Of a stretch of DNA of 64,000 nt, positions 25,593-39,800 are shown piece by piece. Below the pieces are notes generated by a model. It was not told the DNA's origin and searched no databases. It saw only the letters and a list, made by a program, of their open reading frames with translations. Position 1 is the stretch's first letter; the number at the start of each line of letters is the position of its first letter. The position numbers and the translations under genes are program-made. The DNA is from Gnetum montanum (lineage: Eukaryota; Plantae; Gnetophyta). The stretch covers positions 2,634 to 66,633 of the forward strand of contig MNCI01001817.1 in the NCBI GenBank assembly GCA_015680685.1, given 5' to 3'.

Positions 25593-26113
25593 ATGTTTAG
25601 GTGCATTAAATATTGTTAAGTTTTGTGATGTTTGGATCACCCTGTTCAAGGAAACTATAAACATTTTAATGACTTTGATCAGTGAAGAATACATTAACAT
25701 TGTCACTATGGATGCTGAGTTGACCACGGTGTTAAGTGTTTGAGTTATGTTAAAGTTGTTAAATATATAAACAAAGATGGATGTCATTATACAATATTCC
25801 TCTATTTTGGATAGACATAATGAGTAGTTACAATTAATTAAGAGATGCAAATAATGAAATCATCTATAACAAACTTTAACTAACAAATACTACAACTAAC
25901 TAACACCATAATAATGTTGGACACTGTGATGGTGACGATGTAATGTAAACATTTATGGTGTTGTGTTACAAAATATAGATATTGTTTGATATGTTAAATT
26001 TGATAAAATGTATCCAATCTTTAATAAATATGACTTAAGCTAGCAAATTCCTGCTTACATAAATTTGTTAGATAACAAGGTAACTAGTTGATCTATTCTT
26101 AATGTGTGTTGTA

Positions 26114-26282
26114 ACCCTAAAATAATTGTAATATAGGTATACCTTAAGATATATTATCCAATTAGAACTTTATAACTTAGCATTGTCCACCAGAATCAAA
26201 CCTATGATTTGGAGATTTTAAATCAAGAGTCTTACACTATGATTTGGAGATTTTAAATCAAGAGTCTTACACTAGGCCAACA
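26114..26282 (-). mobile_element. tRNA-derived SINE-like copy with internal 35-bp duplication
   Basis: Minus strand has A-box-like TGGCCTAGTG and B-box-like GGTTTGATTC; duplication at 26202-26271; homologous to 26543-26660. Confidence 0.55.
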
Positions 26283-26542
26283 CCTCATCATTGACTCATT
26301 CTTAATGATTAACCTTGAACCTTATTTCAAAGCATCAACTAATGTCTTTAAGGGCAATGCCTACAAGGCAACATTTAGTGTAAGGACAAAAACAATAAGA
26401 AATCATGTAAAGAGTCAAATTGATTGTGGTTAATTGTAACTTGAAAGATACAAATGATTGTGTGTTGCATAATGTAAATAAATTGTGCATAGTGGAGTGA
26501 ATGCGTGCACATTCACACACTCACATATATATTCACATATTC

Positions 26543-26660
26543 ACTCTTGATACGGAAACTCCAAGTTATGAGTTCAATTCTAGTAGGCAATGCTAAGTTA
26601 TAAAGTTCTAATTTGACTATAAATCTTTAGATGTACCTATTTTTCAATTATTTAGGATCC
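26543..26660 (+). mobile_element. SINE-like copy (5' truncated), inverted relative to 26114-26282
   Basis: Shares CAATGCTAAGTTATAAAGTTCTAATT and flanking sequence in reverse complement; B-box-like AGTTCAATTC. Confidence 0.55.
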
Positions 26661-27409
26661 CAAGACCCCCTCCCCTTAAGATTAGATTTCAAAAAGGGAG
26701 GAGGGGAAAATAGGTATTGAACCCACAACATTTTTCTAATAATATTAACCCCCAAGACATATGGTTGAACCTATAACTTAGAGCTACTAAATTAATAGTT
26801 TTATTATTAAAACGAGAATCCTATATAAAACTTTAATAGAACTTTTATTTATTAAAATTGAAATAAGTGTTGGGGGTGTTTGAACCACAAATAAGTGAAA
26901 CACAGATACACCCTAATTAAAATTAGTGTTGAAGATGTTGGAATTTGAAATAAGTGAAGGATAAGTACATGGTAATTAAAACCAGTGTTGGGAGTGTTGG
27001 AACAACCCGAAATAATATAATGTAGAATTATTAAGCCAAAACCCATACCCGAGGCTATTGCAACCAATGTTACCACCAAGCTATGCAGCTATGCCTGATA
27101 AAAAGGTGCTCCGCTAGGGTTCGACGATTTGAGATTCAGGGGCATGTCACGTCACTTTCAACCTTCCACTTACGTGTGGTGTCGCAGATGATGGCATTGC
27201 CATTCACAGTAGCGACAGTAGTCAAACAGGGAGCTCACGCACATGCTCCATCTCCATGTGCAAATACGAATATGAACGTGAATGTGAGTGCATCGATTGA
27301 TGGCTTTACACGTCTTGTACTGTTTTTCCTCTTGTGATGTTCAACGCCCGCCCCCACCTAAGAGATACCACCAAAGCACCAATATCACCATCACCGTTGG
27401 TCATATTCA

Positions 27410-27463
27410 AAATTCCAATTCCAATTCCAATTCCAATCTCAATTTTAATTTTAATTTTAATTT
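27410..27463. repeat. Compound hexamer microsatellite (AATTCC)n(AATTTT)n upstream of ABIL
   Basis: Directly visible. Confidence 0.9.
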
Positions 27464-27670
27464 TGGATTTCATTTGGTTTGGTTGCACTGTTTGGAATGT
27501 CATTGTCACAAATGCGGCCTTGTTTCAAGGAAAACCCATCATCATGAGGATCCTAAGGCTACGCCGAATCCTCCGGCAAAAAGGCACATACGCTTGGCTT
27601 AATATCAAGACACAGAAATATTTATTACGGGATTGGGTTTGCACTTTGCAAAGCTTTGTCAAAGTGACCA

Positions 27671-27814
27671 ATGCAGACCCAGAGGGAGAGGGAGAGGGAG
27701 AGGGAGAGGGGGAGAGAGCAGCAGGACGATGACAATGGAAATCGAAATGGGGAGCCTTTGACGTATGACGAGATTTCAATGCAGCAGAGCAGACATTTCC
27801 TCGACAGTTTGCAG
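27671..27814 (+). CDS. ABIL: ABIL exon 1 (includes a (GAGAGG)n repeat encoding an RE tract)
   Basis: ATG...[21 protein letters not shown]|GT donor, phase 0. Confidence 0.85.
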
Positions 27815-30800
27815 GTACATATTTGCAAATCATCGATCATCATTCGTCGTTCCTTATCCATTCCCATGTAATTTTCCCACGGAACATTTTATGAAGCGTT
27901 GGCTTTTGCCCCATTATATTTGGTGGTGATGGTCTTGTTGTTCTTGATGTAGGAACTGAAGAATCTGCGGCCTCAACTGTACAATGCAGCAGAGTACTGC
28001 GAATATTTTTACCTTAACGTTGAGGATAAACACATGTACTAATTATCCAACTACTCTCTGGTCTCTTCTCTCTATATATATATATGTTGGTGAGTGATGA
28101 TTCAAGAAATGTTATTGCCATTCCTTGCCATACAGGATGCTTGACAGTTTGAAAGACTATGCTCGCAAGGCTTTGGTTAATGCCGTTGATCATCTGGGCT
28201 CTGTTACCTACAAGTTGGACGATCTTCTCAATCAGCAGATTGAGGACATCTCTTCGACCGAACTCCGCATCGCATGCCTTAATCAGGTATAAATTTGTTT
28301 GCAGGGTTTTTTTTTTTATCATTTTTTTGGATTTATCTTTTGTTTGTCATTGTAATAGTTTTGATAGTTTTGAAAGCTAAAATGATGATTTATACGTTGG
28401 GCATTGTCAAATCTCAGAGGCTTCGAACTTGCCAAGAATTCAATGATGTAGAAGGCCTGGTCCAGCAATGTCTGCCAGAAGAAATACCGAGATTCCATAA
28501 GCATTACGTTTTGCCAGGCATGTTGATATTTCAATGACTATTATGAGGCTAAATACGATGCAATTCTATTAACTGTGTGAAATTGAATTCATCAGTATAA
28601 ATAAAGACTGCTTTACAGTTTCTTTAATAGGTATTTGTAGTGTTAATGTATCTTTCCCTAACGTAGGTTCCAACGTCGGCGACTTGGAATCCAGGGTAGA
28701 CAACTCCGAAGATGTCAGCCCGGCCGGTAGGGAGATATAATTCGTACTCAATTTATGTTTTTTCATTTACATATTAGTATGTCTATTTCCAGCAAGATTT
28801 TTCCTAAACAGTTGTCCATTTGACAGCGGACATAAGAAACAGGGAGAGTAAAAATGCCTCATTCAGGTGAATTTTATTTCTAACCTATTTTCATGGCAGT
28901 ACTTTGGAATTCCCATTGGGCTTCACTGAAAGTTTGTTCATATTATTTTTAGAGATCAATTTGAGTTTTTTGCTTCTTCTCCAAAGTCACAATCTTTCTA
29001 CTTCCAAGGTATTTAAATTAAGTTTAAATCTTTTCTGGTACACTATTTGTTAAAAACCTGACAGTTTTGAATTCTTCATTTGTTTATTTCTCCCTGCAAA
29101 CCACTGAGATGGCCCGGAATTGCCATGTTTAAATATTTCTGTTAAAAAATGAAACACAGCTGATAAAAATTTCTTTTGTTTGGCTAGACACTGAAGTACC
29201 TATTCCGTCGATGGTTCCTCAATCCTCTGGAGTTCAACAGTCTCAGCTTTCTCCCCGTCTTACCTCTTCAACATCCTTCGCCGCCGGACGACAGGTATGC
29301 TTGCTTAAAAAGGAAAATGGGAAAAAATTCTTATGAATCCTTTCTTTGGCCTCAATGGGTTTTATACGTTTTGAAAAACTTAACTTGGAACGATAACAGT
29401 AAATACACGGATTGTTAATGACACAATACAAGTATTCAAATAATAGAAGATGTTAAGCAGCAAAACCAAAATAATGGTTCTACTTCAAGGATTACATAGA
29501 ATTTTCTTTCTACTGTGACCAACAAAATGAAGATATTAGTGTCACTATTCTGGGAATAATTTTAATTGGTGAACAAAAGGGATTTTTTTAAAAAAAAATC
29601 CTGCAAGCCATAAAATCTGGTTTGCTGAAGTTCTCCATTTTTTGTTTCAAAATCAGGCAAAGCTGTTCGACAGTAGTTTCTGGTCAAAAATTTGTAGAAA
29701 GGTTGCTAATGCTGTTGTAACTGAATTGGATTCTCAACCAACCTACTATGTGTCCGAGTTTCACTTAGCTTTAATTAATTGAGGAATTATTTTAGTTGAA
29801 TTAATTGTCATATGATAGTTGATACAATTTGACACATACATTGGTTTTCAGTTGCCACTTGTCTATGTGGTTCTAAGACTATATAAACATCAGAACATTT
29901 GTTGGAATAGATAACAATGTCCAGAATATTAGCCACTAGACTTTTCTATATGTTTCTAAGTGATTTGGAGAGTATGTCTAGGTTTAATGAACCTTGGGTT
30001 AGCTTGAAAGCAACCACATGTATAAATTGACATGAAGGGAAATGGAATTGATTGCTTAAGTGTTTGTCCCAGTTTGGTAGGCCTTCAGAGTTACTTTTCA
30101 ATGTTTTGGTGACTTCACAATTTGGCAATTTTGGGTGATTTGGCAATTCGGTGATTTGGTGTATCACATATCTAATTTGGGATTCCAGCATTTCGGTGAT
30201 TTGGGATTTGGCATATGGTATGCCAAGGCCAAGTAGAAAGTAGCATATTCCATTTCAAGTAGTTTGGGGAAGTACAAAAAGTAGGGTTTCAATGGCAGGA
30301 TTTAAACTCCATTGCATCTAGGATTGTGTCATTAGAGTCTATGGTTGAAGCTGTGGTAAAAAAAGGTACAAACCATTCTAACCACTATAGAGTTGAAAGA
30401 TTTATTGTCAAATGTTAAAGCAACTCAAGTTCAGACTAATATGGATACTTTGTAGTCAGATTCTCTTGAATAAAAAATAACAACAGCTCACACAGGCTTA
30501 GAGGTAGTTACTAAGAATGTGTGAAGATGAAGAAAAACATGATGAGATTCAGAATCTTCCAATTGTGGAAATTCCTAAAGATAAGGGTGAGGATCTTTTG
30601 TAGGTCATACTAGATTTCTTTACTAAACAAATGTACATTTCTTCTACCCCAATAATTAGTGCAAATAGACTTGGCCTTAAGAGGGATAAACCTTGGTAGA
30701 TTCTTGTTAAGTTTGCTGATTGGCATGGTAGAGAACAACATAAGTATCTTGAAAGGACAAAAGATTTGATTTAATAAAGATCTGATTGTAAAATAGTATG

Positions 30801-33800
30801 CAAAAATGTAGGAAGAATGGTAGAAAGTTAAACAAGCTCATGCTGAAGGTAAAATTGCTTGCTTGAACTATAAATATTGCAGTCATCAAAAAGAGGGCAA
30901 ATCCCCCAAAACAGGGATTTTCTTCTATTACATGTGGTTTCCTTGATGTTTAAGGTTCATTGGCTAATAAAGTTGCTGCTTTAGATGTTAGTTATTTCTT
31001 TACTGATTTTGATTTGTTTATTTTTGCTGAAACTTGGGAAGAAGAAAATTCTCTGATTGTATTTATTTTAGGCTTTCATATCATTTATGTTAGAAATAAA
31101 CGTTCCAAGCTGAGGGGTAGACCTTCTCGTGGTCTTACTTGTTGAATTAAAAAGTCTAGAGATTATTCCATTAAGGTGCCCAAAGTTGATGATAATAACC
31201 AATATTTGGGGGTTAAAGTTCAAAGCATTTTAGAAGTACTTTATATTGTTTTCTGTTATTTTTCTCTGAGGGATTTTTCTATTTATAATTCTGCTAATCT
31301 TTCATCAGAGCATCATTTTCAGTGTTTGGGTCAAGATATTGCAGAATTCTCTAGTCTTGGTAAAGTTTTTATTTGTGGAGATTTTAATGCTCGTGTTGGA
31401 CAAAGTTAGGTTCAAAAGCTTGTTTGGAATTCTCAATTAAAGTTCAGTGAAGAGCTCTATTTAGTTCACAAAAGGTCATATGGTGATCATATTATAAATT
31501 AGAGGCGTGTTCATTTCTTGGAATGGGTTTGTTTCTTTGATTTTTTAATCCTTAATAACATCAACAAATTTCCTTCTTCCTCTCATTTCACCTTTACTGG
31601 GCACCAAAGTAACTCTTGCATTGATCTTCTCTTATCTACTCATGATAATATAGACATAGTGAAAAACTTTCAGGTAGGAGAAACACTCCCAGAATCTCTT
31701 CATCATTACCAAAAATTTACTATTGTTGCTTTAATTTGTCATATTCATTACAAGAAATGTAGAACTCATCGTCTCACAAAAGACCTTTGTTAGGACTTTC
31801 AAATAAGAGTGATTTATATGTTGGTTAACAATGATAATGAGCTAGATTTGATTAATGCTCTTTTGTCTATAATTTCTCACATGTAGATAAAGAAGAGGCT
31901 TTCTTGTAGAAAACTTTGGTTTTATGTGAATTGTTTGACAACTCGTAAAGATGTTTTAGCTTTACATTTTGATGTTTCAATGCTGAAGAATTATAGAAAG
32001 CTTATTTGATTTAAAAAAAGGAAGTTCATTAAAGAAGAGCAAGAAGAATGATCAGTGAGCTCCAATAAAATCCAACAAGTTTTTGGAATTTCTTTTAAGA
32101 TAGACAACAACATGGTTGGGATTTTTCCTTATTTACTATTTAGACTTTCTTCAATGACCTTTTTAATCAAGGCTTCTCCTACTATGCAAGATAACTCTAG
32201 TATTCTTGAGTTATCCCTTCATGATGTTTTTGCAGGAATTCAAAGGTTGTCTTCTGGGATAGGTGCTAATGTTAATGGTTTATATGTAAAGCTTCTTAAA
32301 TGGGGTGGTACATTGGTGTGGAAACTAGCTTGTAACCTTCTTAATAAAGGGCTTTGACATAGTTTGGATCAGTCTTGGTGTTCTAGTTGAGCAATCTTGC
32401 TTTTCAAAAAGAGAGATAGGACAGATCTTAATAATTATTGATTGTTTGCAATCAATTCAGTTTTCACTAAGCTTTTGGGCATTATTTTGGAGAATAAAAT
32501 TAGTCCATGGCTAGAAATACAAGATCTTTGTGCTCAGTCACAAGTAAGCTTCAAGAGGAATTATTCTACTATAGACCATCTAATAACTTTACGTTATTGT
32601 GTGGAGAAAGTAAAAAGGCCCAGCATACAACTTTTATCTATTTTGTTGATTTTTTCAAGGCTTATGATTTTGTTGCTTGAGATAAACTTTGGAAAAGATT
32701 TGATAGCATTAACGTTCCACAAGATCTCCTTTTTGCTACTAGAAGAATCTATGAGATGGTTAAAATTCTTATTGAAGATGATCTTATTGGAGAAGGAACA
32801 ATTATCAACAACTTAGTTAGAGTTAAACAAGGTTGTCCTTTGTCGCCTACCCTTTTTTGGCATATTTATAGACGAATTGGAGGAATGGATGCATAGTGCC
32901 TCTCCTCATGTTATGTCAGTGAATGGATTATTTTTTAACATGCTTTTGTTTGCACATGATGTGGCCTTAATTGCAAAATCAGCTACAAGATTAAATTATA
33001 TGCTTCAAATTCTCCATGACAATTGTAACTATTCTAGTTTGAAAGCTAATATTAATAAGGCTAAAATTCTAGTTTGTGGTACAAAAAATAGAAATTACAA
33101 ATTTTTTCTTAGAGAAAAAAAGACTTGATATATGTGAATCTTATAAATATTTGAGAGCTCAATTTGCCAATAATTATAGTTGGAATGCCCTTATTGCTCA
33201 AAGGGTTTCAAGTAGCACGCGAGCTCTATTTGCTCTAAGAAATAATTGTAGTAGGAAACAAATTTTGGCATGGGAGATCATAAGGAAACTTTTTTGTAGT
33301 CTTGTTGAACTTGTATTATTATATGGATGTGTTGCATAGGGACCTTTTGTTTCCATACATAATTAGAAAAAATTCAAGCATGTTCAAAAACAATTTCTTG
33401 TATGTGAATTTCAAGTGAAAATGCAGACTTCTTATGATATCTTACTTTTAAAAGTAGATTAGCTTCCTCTTGAAGTTAGTCACATGGAAGAAGTCAATTA
33501 TGCTAAGGAGATAATGAATGCTACACAAGAAAATGGATGGTTGCATCAAGGAAAGTTATGGCTCTAGTCATGAAACATTATAATAGAGGATCTTCCTTTA
33601 TACAAAAGCTATTTCAGACAACTATAAAATAAAAAGTCTTGGCTAAAGCTTGGTTGAACACGTTAGAGAAAAAACATTTTTATTTACATTCTGTTAGAGG
33701 ATATTTATTATCTAGTACTCAAAAGTATCTATTCTTAGTTATTTCTATTCATTTAAGGAATCAACTTGCTATAGCAAGAATGAGCTCTCATCATCTCTTT

Positions 33801-36800
33801 ATTGAGATAGGTTGTTGGATCAATTTACCGAGAGAAGAGTGTATTTGTAGACTCTGCAAATCAAGCATAGAAGATGAAAAATATATCTTTTTATTTTGCC
33901 TATCTCTAGTTCACATTTGAATGAATTATAATATTAATTGTAATTTGCTGATTGTTTTCTTTCAAATTGATCCTATCTTCTTAGGGTATTACATTAATGA
34001 TGTTTTTTATTTCAAAAATATGTTGAGGCTTTGTAACCATCCAACAAATCCTTTGTGATTTCTTAGATGTATTAAAAATTTCTAGTTTCTAGTTTCCACT
34101 TTTAGTTCCTCACCTTTCATAATGGCTTTGGATGCATGATCGGTTTTGTTTTTGTTGTGCTAATTCTATGTGTTAATTTTTGTTTTTGATTATAGAACTT
34201 GTTATTGTTGATGGGCGCTAGTGATGTTATTATAGTTTGTAGAATTAAATGACAAGGTAGATGTAACATAATAGTGGTATAAGAGCTTTCATGATTCAAT
34301 TTTGACGATGAAGGGTGCAAGTAGATGAAGGATAGCTTTATTGTTGGTTTGTGAGGGTTTCCAATAGATATTGGGTTTCATGTTGATAAACAAGCTTATG
34401 TGTAATGATGGGGTATGATATAATTATGATGGGCATGCCAAGCATAGTGGTGATATTAATGACCTGCACAATTTATGGATTTGGTGAGGGTTTCAACAAG
34501 AAACACAGTTCAATGATATTAATGATATGCACAAGTTTTGAATCTGGTAAGGGTTTTAACAAGAAGCACAATTTAGCGATAAGGATAACACAGTTTCAAG
34601 GGCTTCGGCAACATCAAATGCAAAATTATGTTGTGGTTAGCGACAAACAAGTTTGTTGTTGTTGTGGATTTACGCCAACTTGGTTATTTCCAATGATGGT
34701 GCAACAAGAGATATAGGAGGATTGCAACATGTTGATGATGTCAATGGTAGTGTAGATGTATGCATTTTGGCCACATTTGGAGAAGTTGTGAACAATGATA
34801 GTAGCATAGACGATAAAGGGGAGAAGGATGTACTTTGGTAATGAGGGTAGCAAACAACATTGGTGGGTTTAACTACTTTTGATAGCTTTATAGCCAAGTG
34901 TGATCAGAAGCCATATTAAGAATAGTTACTCTTAATTGCAGATTGGCAGAATTTGTTGTTGGATTAGTAAGATCCATGGTTTTTCTTGTAGGTTTGCTAC
35001 TGTTTTGAAGGACATACTATTCTTGTAGTGTTCATTTATGTGTTTGCAAGACAGGTTGTTCTTGTGGGAGTTTGTTGCTGTGTTTGCAAGAAGGGTTTTT
35101 CTTGCAGTGGTTCGTTGTTGTGTTCACAAGATGGATTGTTCTTCTGAGGTTTGTTGCTATGTTCGCAAGATTGGGAATACATCCCCTTAATTCAAATTTT
35201 ATCTCAAAATGCATACTATTCAATTTGATGCCACATTTAAGGTATACTTGCTCAATAATACATTTGAGCAACGAATCCACAATGGCAATCCATCTTGCAA
35301 AATTGCAATGAAGCCACAAGAATAATTTGTTCTGTGAATCTAGCAACGAATATTCAAGAATAATCTATCTTGCAAAATAGTAAATATTATGCAAGAAGCC
35401 AAGAACAATGTCTTGTGAAAGTAAGAAGAGACATACAACAACATCCTATTTTGCAAACCCAACAACAAACCCTTAAGAATAACCCATCTTGCAAATACAT
35501 CAAGGAACTTGCAAGAACAACCTTTCTTATGAAATCAGCAATGTACCCACAAGAACATCCCATTTTGCAAACACAAAAATGAAACTGCAAGAGTAATTTG
35601 TTTTGTAAAAATAGCAAAAGACATGTAGGAACAACCTATCTTGTGGACACAATAACAAACTTGCAAGAACAACTTGTCTTGCGAACAGAACATCAAAGCT
35701 GCAAGAACAACCTATCTTGCAAACATAGCAACAAACCTCTAAGAACAACCAATCTTATGAATACAACAGCAAACTTGCAAGAACATTTTTTGGAAGATAA
35801 TACTGTAGTAACGTATTTATGAAGAGTACAACATTGTGCATAAATGAGAAAGTAGGTCTGTATTTGAGTTACCTCCTGCATTGTAGATTTGTTGTATGCC
35901 TTGTCCATCAGAAGTAGATTCATGGATGATCATTAACTTTTATGGAATCTGCCATTCTAAAGTGATAAACAAAGGAGTAATTTTTCTATGAAGTTGGGAA
36001 AGACCTGTTAAACTTTTGGGCACATAGATATAATGCAATCTGCCATTTTAAAGTGATAAACAAAGGAGTAATTTTTGTATGAAGTTGGAAAAGACCTCTT
36101 AAACTTTTGGGCACATAGATATAATGCATACCCCAGTATAGTGGATCTTGTCATATCCAATACTGTCGTGCCAGATGTATTGTCTAAACAGATAAAAATT
36201 TAATTCCACTTTTGAAAATAATTTTCCATTTTTTTGGTCTTTTGTCTTTTCTTGTTTCATGAATTTTGTGTGAGCTCTTCTAAGAGACTTTAATGTCTCT
36301 AATCGATCATTTACAATGTCATCAATAGACTCGTACACGTTGTGCAACATAGCAACTTTATATTTTTGATAAGGATCATAAGTAGGCATATAAGAATCCC
36401 AAATGGTTTCCAGGTTGAAAGCAAAGGAGGTAAAATTCTTTATTGATGATTGGAAATCAAAATGCGGCACAATCTGAAGCTTACAATCAGAGTAGGACAC
36501 ATACCAACAAAACCAAGGATCTCACAAGTCAAGAATCCTCAAGCACTATCCTTTCTCCAATGAATTACGCAAAAAATTGAAATATTTCAATTCTCTTAAC
36601 ACTACTTTATGCTTCACTTACACAATGCATACCTCTTTACCGTGGCAACAAATTTCTTTGTGCACACAAGGCCCAACCATTGTCTTTGCTTATGCAAGAC
36701 TGTTATATATAATAAAGCCACATCTTTATTATTTCCATAATTTTCTTTACTTGAGTTCTTGTTAATGTTTGTAACTTACTCATCTAATTATGATTAATTA

Positions 36801-39800
36801 ATTTCCTTGTAACTGATTGTATTTATCTACCCTTGATTTATTGGGGAACTGAGTATGAGCGATAGATATCCTTGACTTTGGGATATGGCTGGTATAATTC
36901 ATTGGTTGCCCATGATTTTTTGGTGCTGGTGTTGGAGGCTATATAGAGGGGGCAAGAGCTGTGGGATCTACATACTAAAACACAATTCCTTGTTAAAAAT
37001 TAGATCAGCCTGCTTTCCAATGGGGGTTCTTACGACATAAGTTCGTGTTTTTCTTAGTTTTAGTTTTTTTGTTTTTATATTTGTAAATTGTGCTGCTAAA
37101 ATAAGCTCTTAACAACCGGTGTTAGAGTGCCTAGCTCATCATGGATTGTTTGTAAGGCATTAAAGATGACGGACAAGGTTGAGATTTAGAAACTTGCAAG
37201 CTCCACTTGGCAGATCCAGAAACTTTTGAGGACATATGTTTTGAAGGAAGCTTGACAATGAAGTGCTGCATTGATTTAACATGGCTTTAGCAAAATTAGT
37301 AAGTACTCCTGCAGCATTATATTTCAAGTTGTCCAAGGAAGATTGCTCTAAGACTAATGCTAATTAGAAAATCATGATAAAAATCCATGTAATTCAGTTG
37401 TGGAAAGTTTAATGTATGTTGTGGTCTGTTCAAGACCAATTATTGCATATTGCATATGTAGTAGGAGTTGTAGTATACATATGAGTAACCATGGTACTAA
37501 GTATTGGAATGGTGTTAGCTGGAAACTGCAGTGTTTTAAATAGATCTTGTAGTGTATGTTTTGGTGGGATTAGTTTAGAACTTGTTAGATATGTAGATGC
37601 AGATAATGAAGGAAATCTTGATAAGAGAAAGTGTACGACTGGGTATGTCCATACCCTTGTTGGAGGAGGTGTCAGCTAAGGTTTAGATTGCAAAATGTTG
37701 TCTTATATTCTGACTCGCTCAGGCATGCAAGGAGATGATGTGGTAGCATTGTTTCTTAAGCAAGATGGGCCTGAAATAAAATTCATATGAATTGCTATAC
37801 AATAGCAAAAGTGCTATATTCTTAGCAAAGAATGCTGCATTTCATGCAAGAACTAACCATATAGATATAATATATTATTTTATAAGACAATTAGTTGAAG
37901 ATAAAACTAAAAGTGGTCCATACAAATGAGAATTTAGTTCATATGTTTAAGTAGTGCAGAGAAGAATGTATTTTTGCAGAAGGGAGATAGGATTGATAGC
38001 AATGTAATAAATCAATTTGGAAAGTAGTGCATAGTTAACTTAAAATGAGAGTTTGTTATATATAGTGAAGCCAAATCTCTTAGCATTTCCTTGATTTCCC
38101 TCTTTATTTTCTGGTCAAGGTGTAATTGACACTCCTAATTATGATGAATTAATTTCATTGCAACTGTTTGTATTTATTTACCACTGACTAAATTGGGAAA
38201 TCGAGTCTGATTGATATCCTTGAGTTTGGGATATGACTGCTGTAATTCACTTGATTGATTATCCCTGGTTTTACATAGGCTATACAATTCCTAATTAGAA
38301 ATCAGATTATCTTGCTTTCCCATTGATGCTTCCTTTTATACTGAAGGGATTTACCACATAAATTCTTGTCTATGGTGTTTTATTAATATTTCTTACTTCT
38401 TAGTTTGCATGTTTTATTTTTGTTAATTGTACTGATACATTAAGTTCTAACAAAGGCCACTTTATATAGGCCTCTACACTGGACACATGTTTATAAACTT
38501 TCAAATTTTCATGCTCTTTGCATCATTGGGATTAATAGTCATGACAACCTTATCACAACTTGTAGTTGCTATGCCATGATCCATCGTGACATGACTATGA
38601 CTTGTGATTTTATCAGAGAATAACTCTAACTCTTGGAAGTGACTGCAAATTCTATTGCGATTTGCAACTTGCAATAATTTTGCAAGAGTTATCATGACTC
38701 CCTATGTTTTGTGGCAGTTGACAAATTGGTCTCAAGTTGTTGCAGCCACCATTGTTATCAACTTGTGTTCTTATTGTGAATTGTGGTGCCCACTTAAAAG
38801 GGGATTGCTGTAACCAGATTGTCACTTGTAGTGTTTGTTGGATTTTAAAATAACAAATAACTATGGCCCTGTTGTCGGTCATAGTGAACTTGTGGTATAA
38901 GAAAAAATTCAAACAGTATCTAAATTACATAGAATTAACTCAACCTACCTATACCCTGACTCAAACATGACTCAAATGACACATAAAGGTTAGAAGTGGG
39001 ATTAGGATTGACATCCCTAAACCAAGGTTTCTACCCTTGAAAACATGATTAAGAACTTGACACAAGTGGGATGACATTAAGTTTTGAATAGCTTAACTTG
39101 GTCAGGTGGAACCATGCAACATTTTAAGAAGATTTACCATTGTTAATTAATGTGACAAGGACAAGGTGGTAAAGCCCATACTTTGAAGTGCAAAAGCGAT
39201 TTCAATGACAAGCTTGATCGTGAGTTGGGACTTGGTCACAGCCTCTTTCTGTGAGGCAAACATAAGCAAACCATGGGCTGTGATGCAAACTATGAGCTAG
39301 ATTGTGAGTTGCAATGAGGTTGGGGTGACCTAAAATAGAGAACAAATTATCATTAGTAAAACCATTAGGGCAGCCACAAGTTGTGGTGATGATTGTGAGA
39401 TAGACTATGAGTTGTGGTTGGGTCATTGTATATGCCATTAGATAGACTGTGAATTGCAATGGGTTTATCGTTGGGTCAAAGCAAAAACAATATTTTTCTC
39501 TAGTAAAACCATGCTTATAAAGATCAGATTGGGATTGTGATTTGGATCTGTTTCGGATTGCGATCTAGTTTGGAATAGTGATTCTGGATAATTTTGGGCG
39601 ATTTTGGATCACATTTCTAGGTGATTCTGGATGATTTCAAGTTATTCTAGATAATTTTGGAATCTTTAAAAACACCAATTAGAAGTTTACACTTTTTTAA
39701 CATTAAACATTTCATTAAACATTAAAACACCATTCCAATATCAAAATTCATGATTCAGTTCAGCTATAAAAGTAGAAAGAATGAGCATAGACCATTTCGA

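Noticed and set aside
27288-27867. Overlapping ORFs with IPIP/NSNS/EGEG/SPSP tracts
   Set aside because: Alternative frames of microsatellites around ABIL exon 1.
34930-35790. CRISPR-like array
   Set aside because: Contiguous degenerate tandem units with no unique spacers, no cas genes, and a eukaryotic context.
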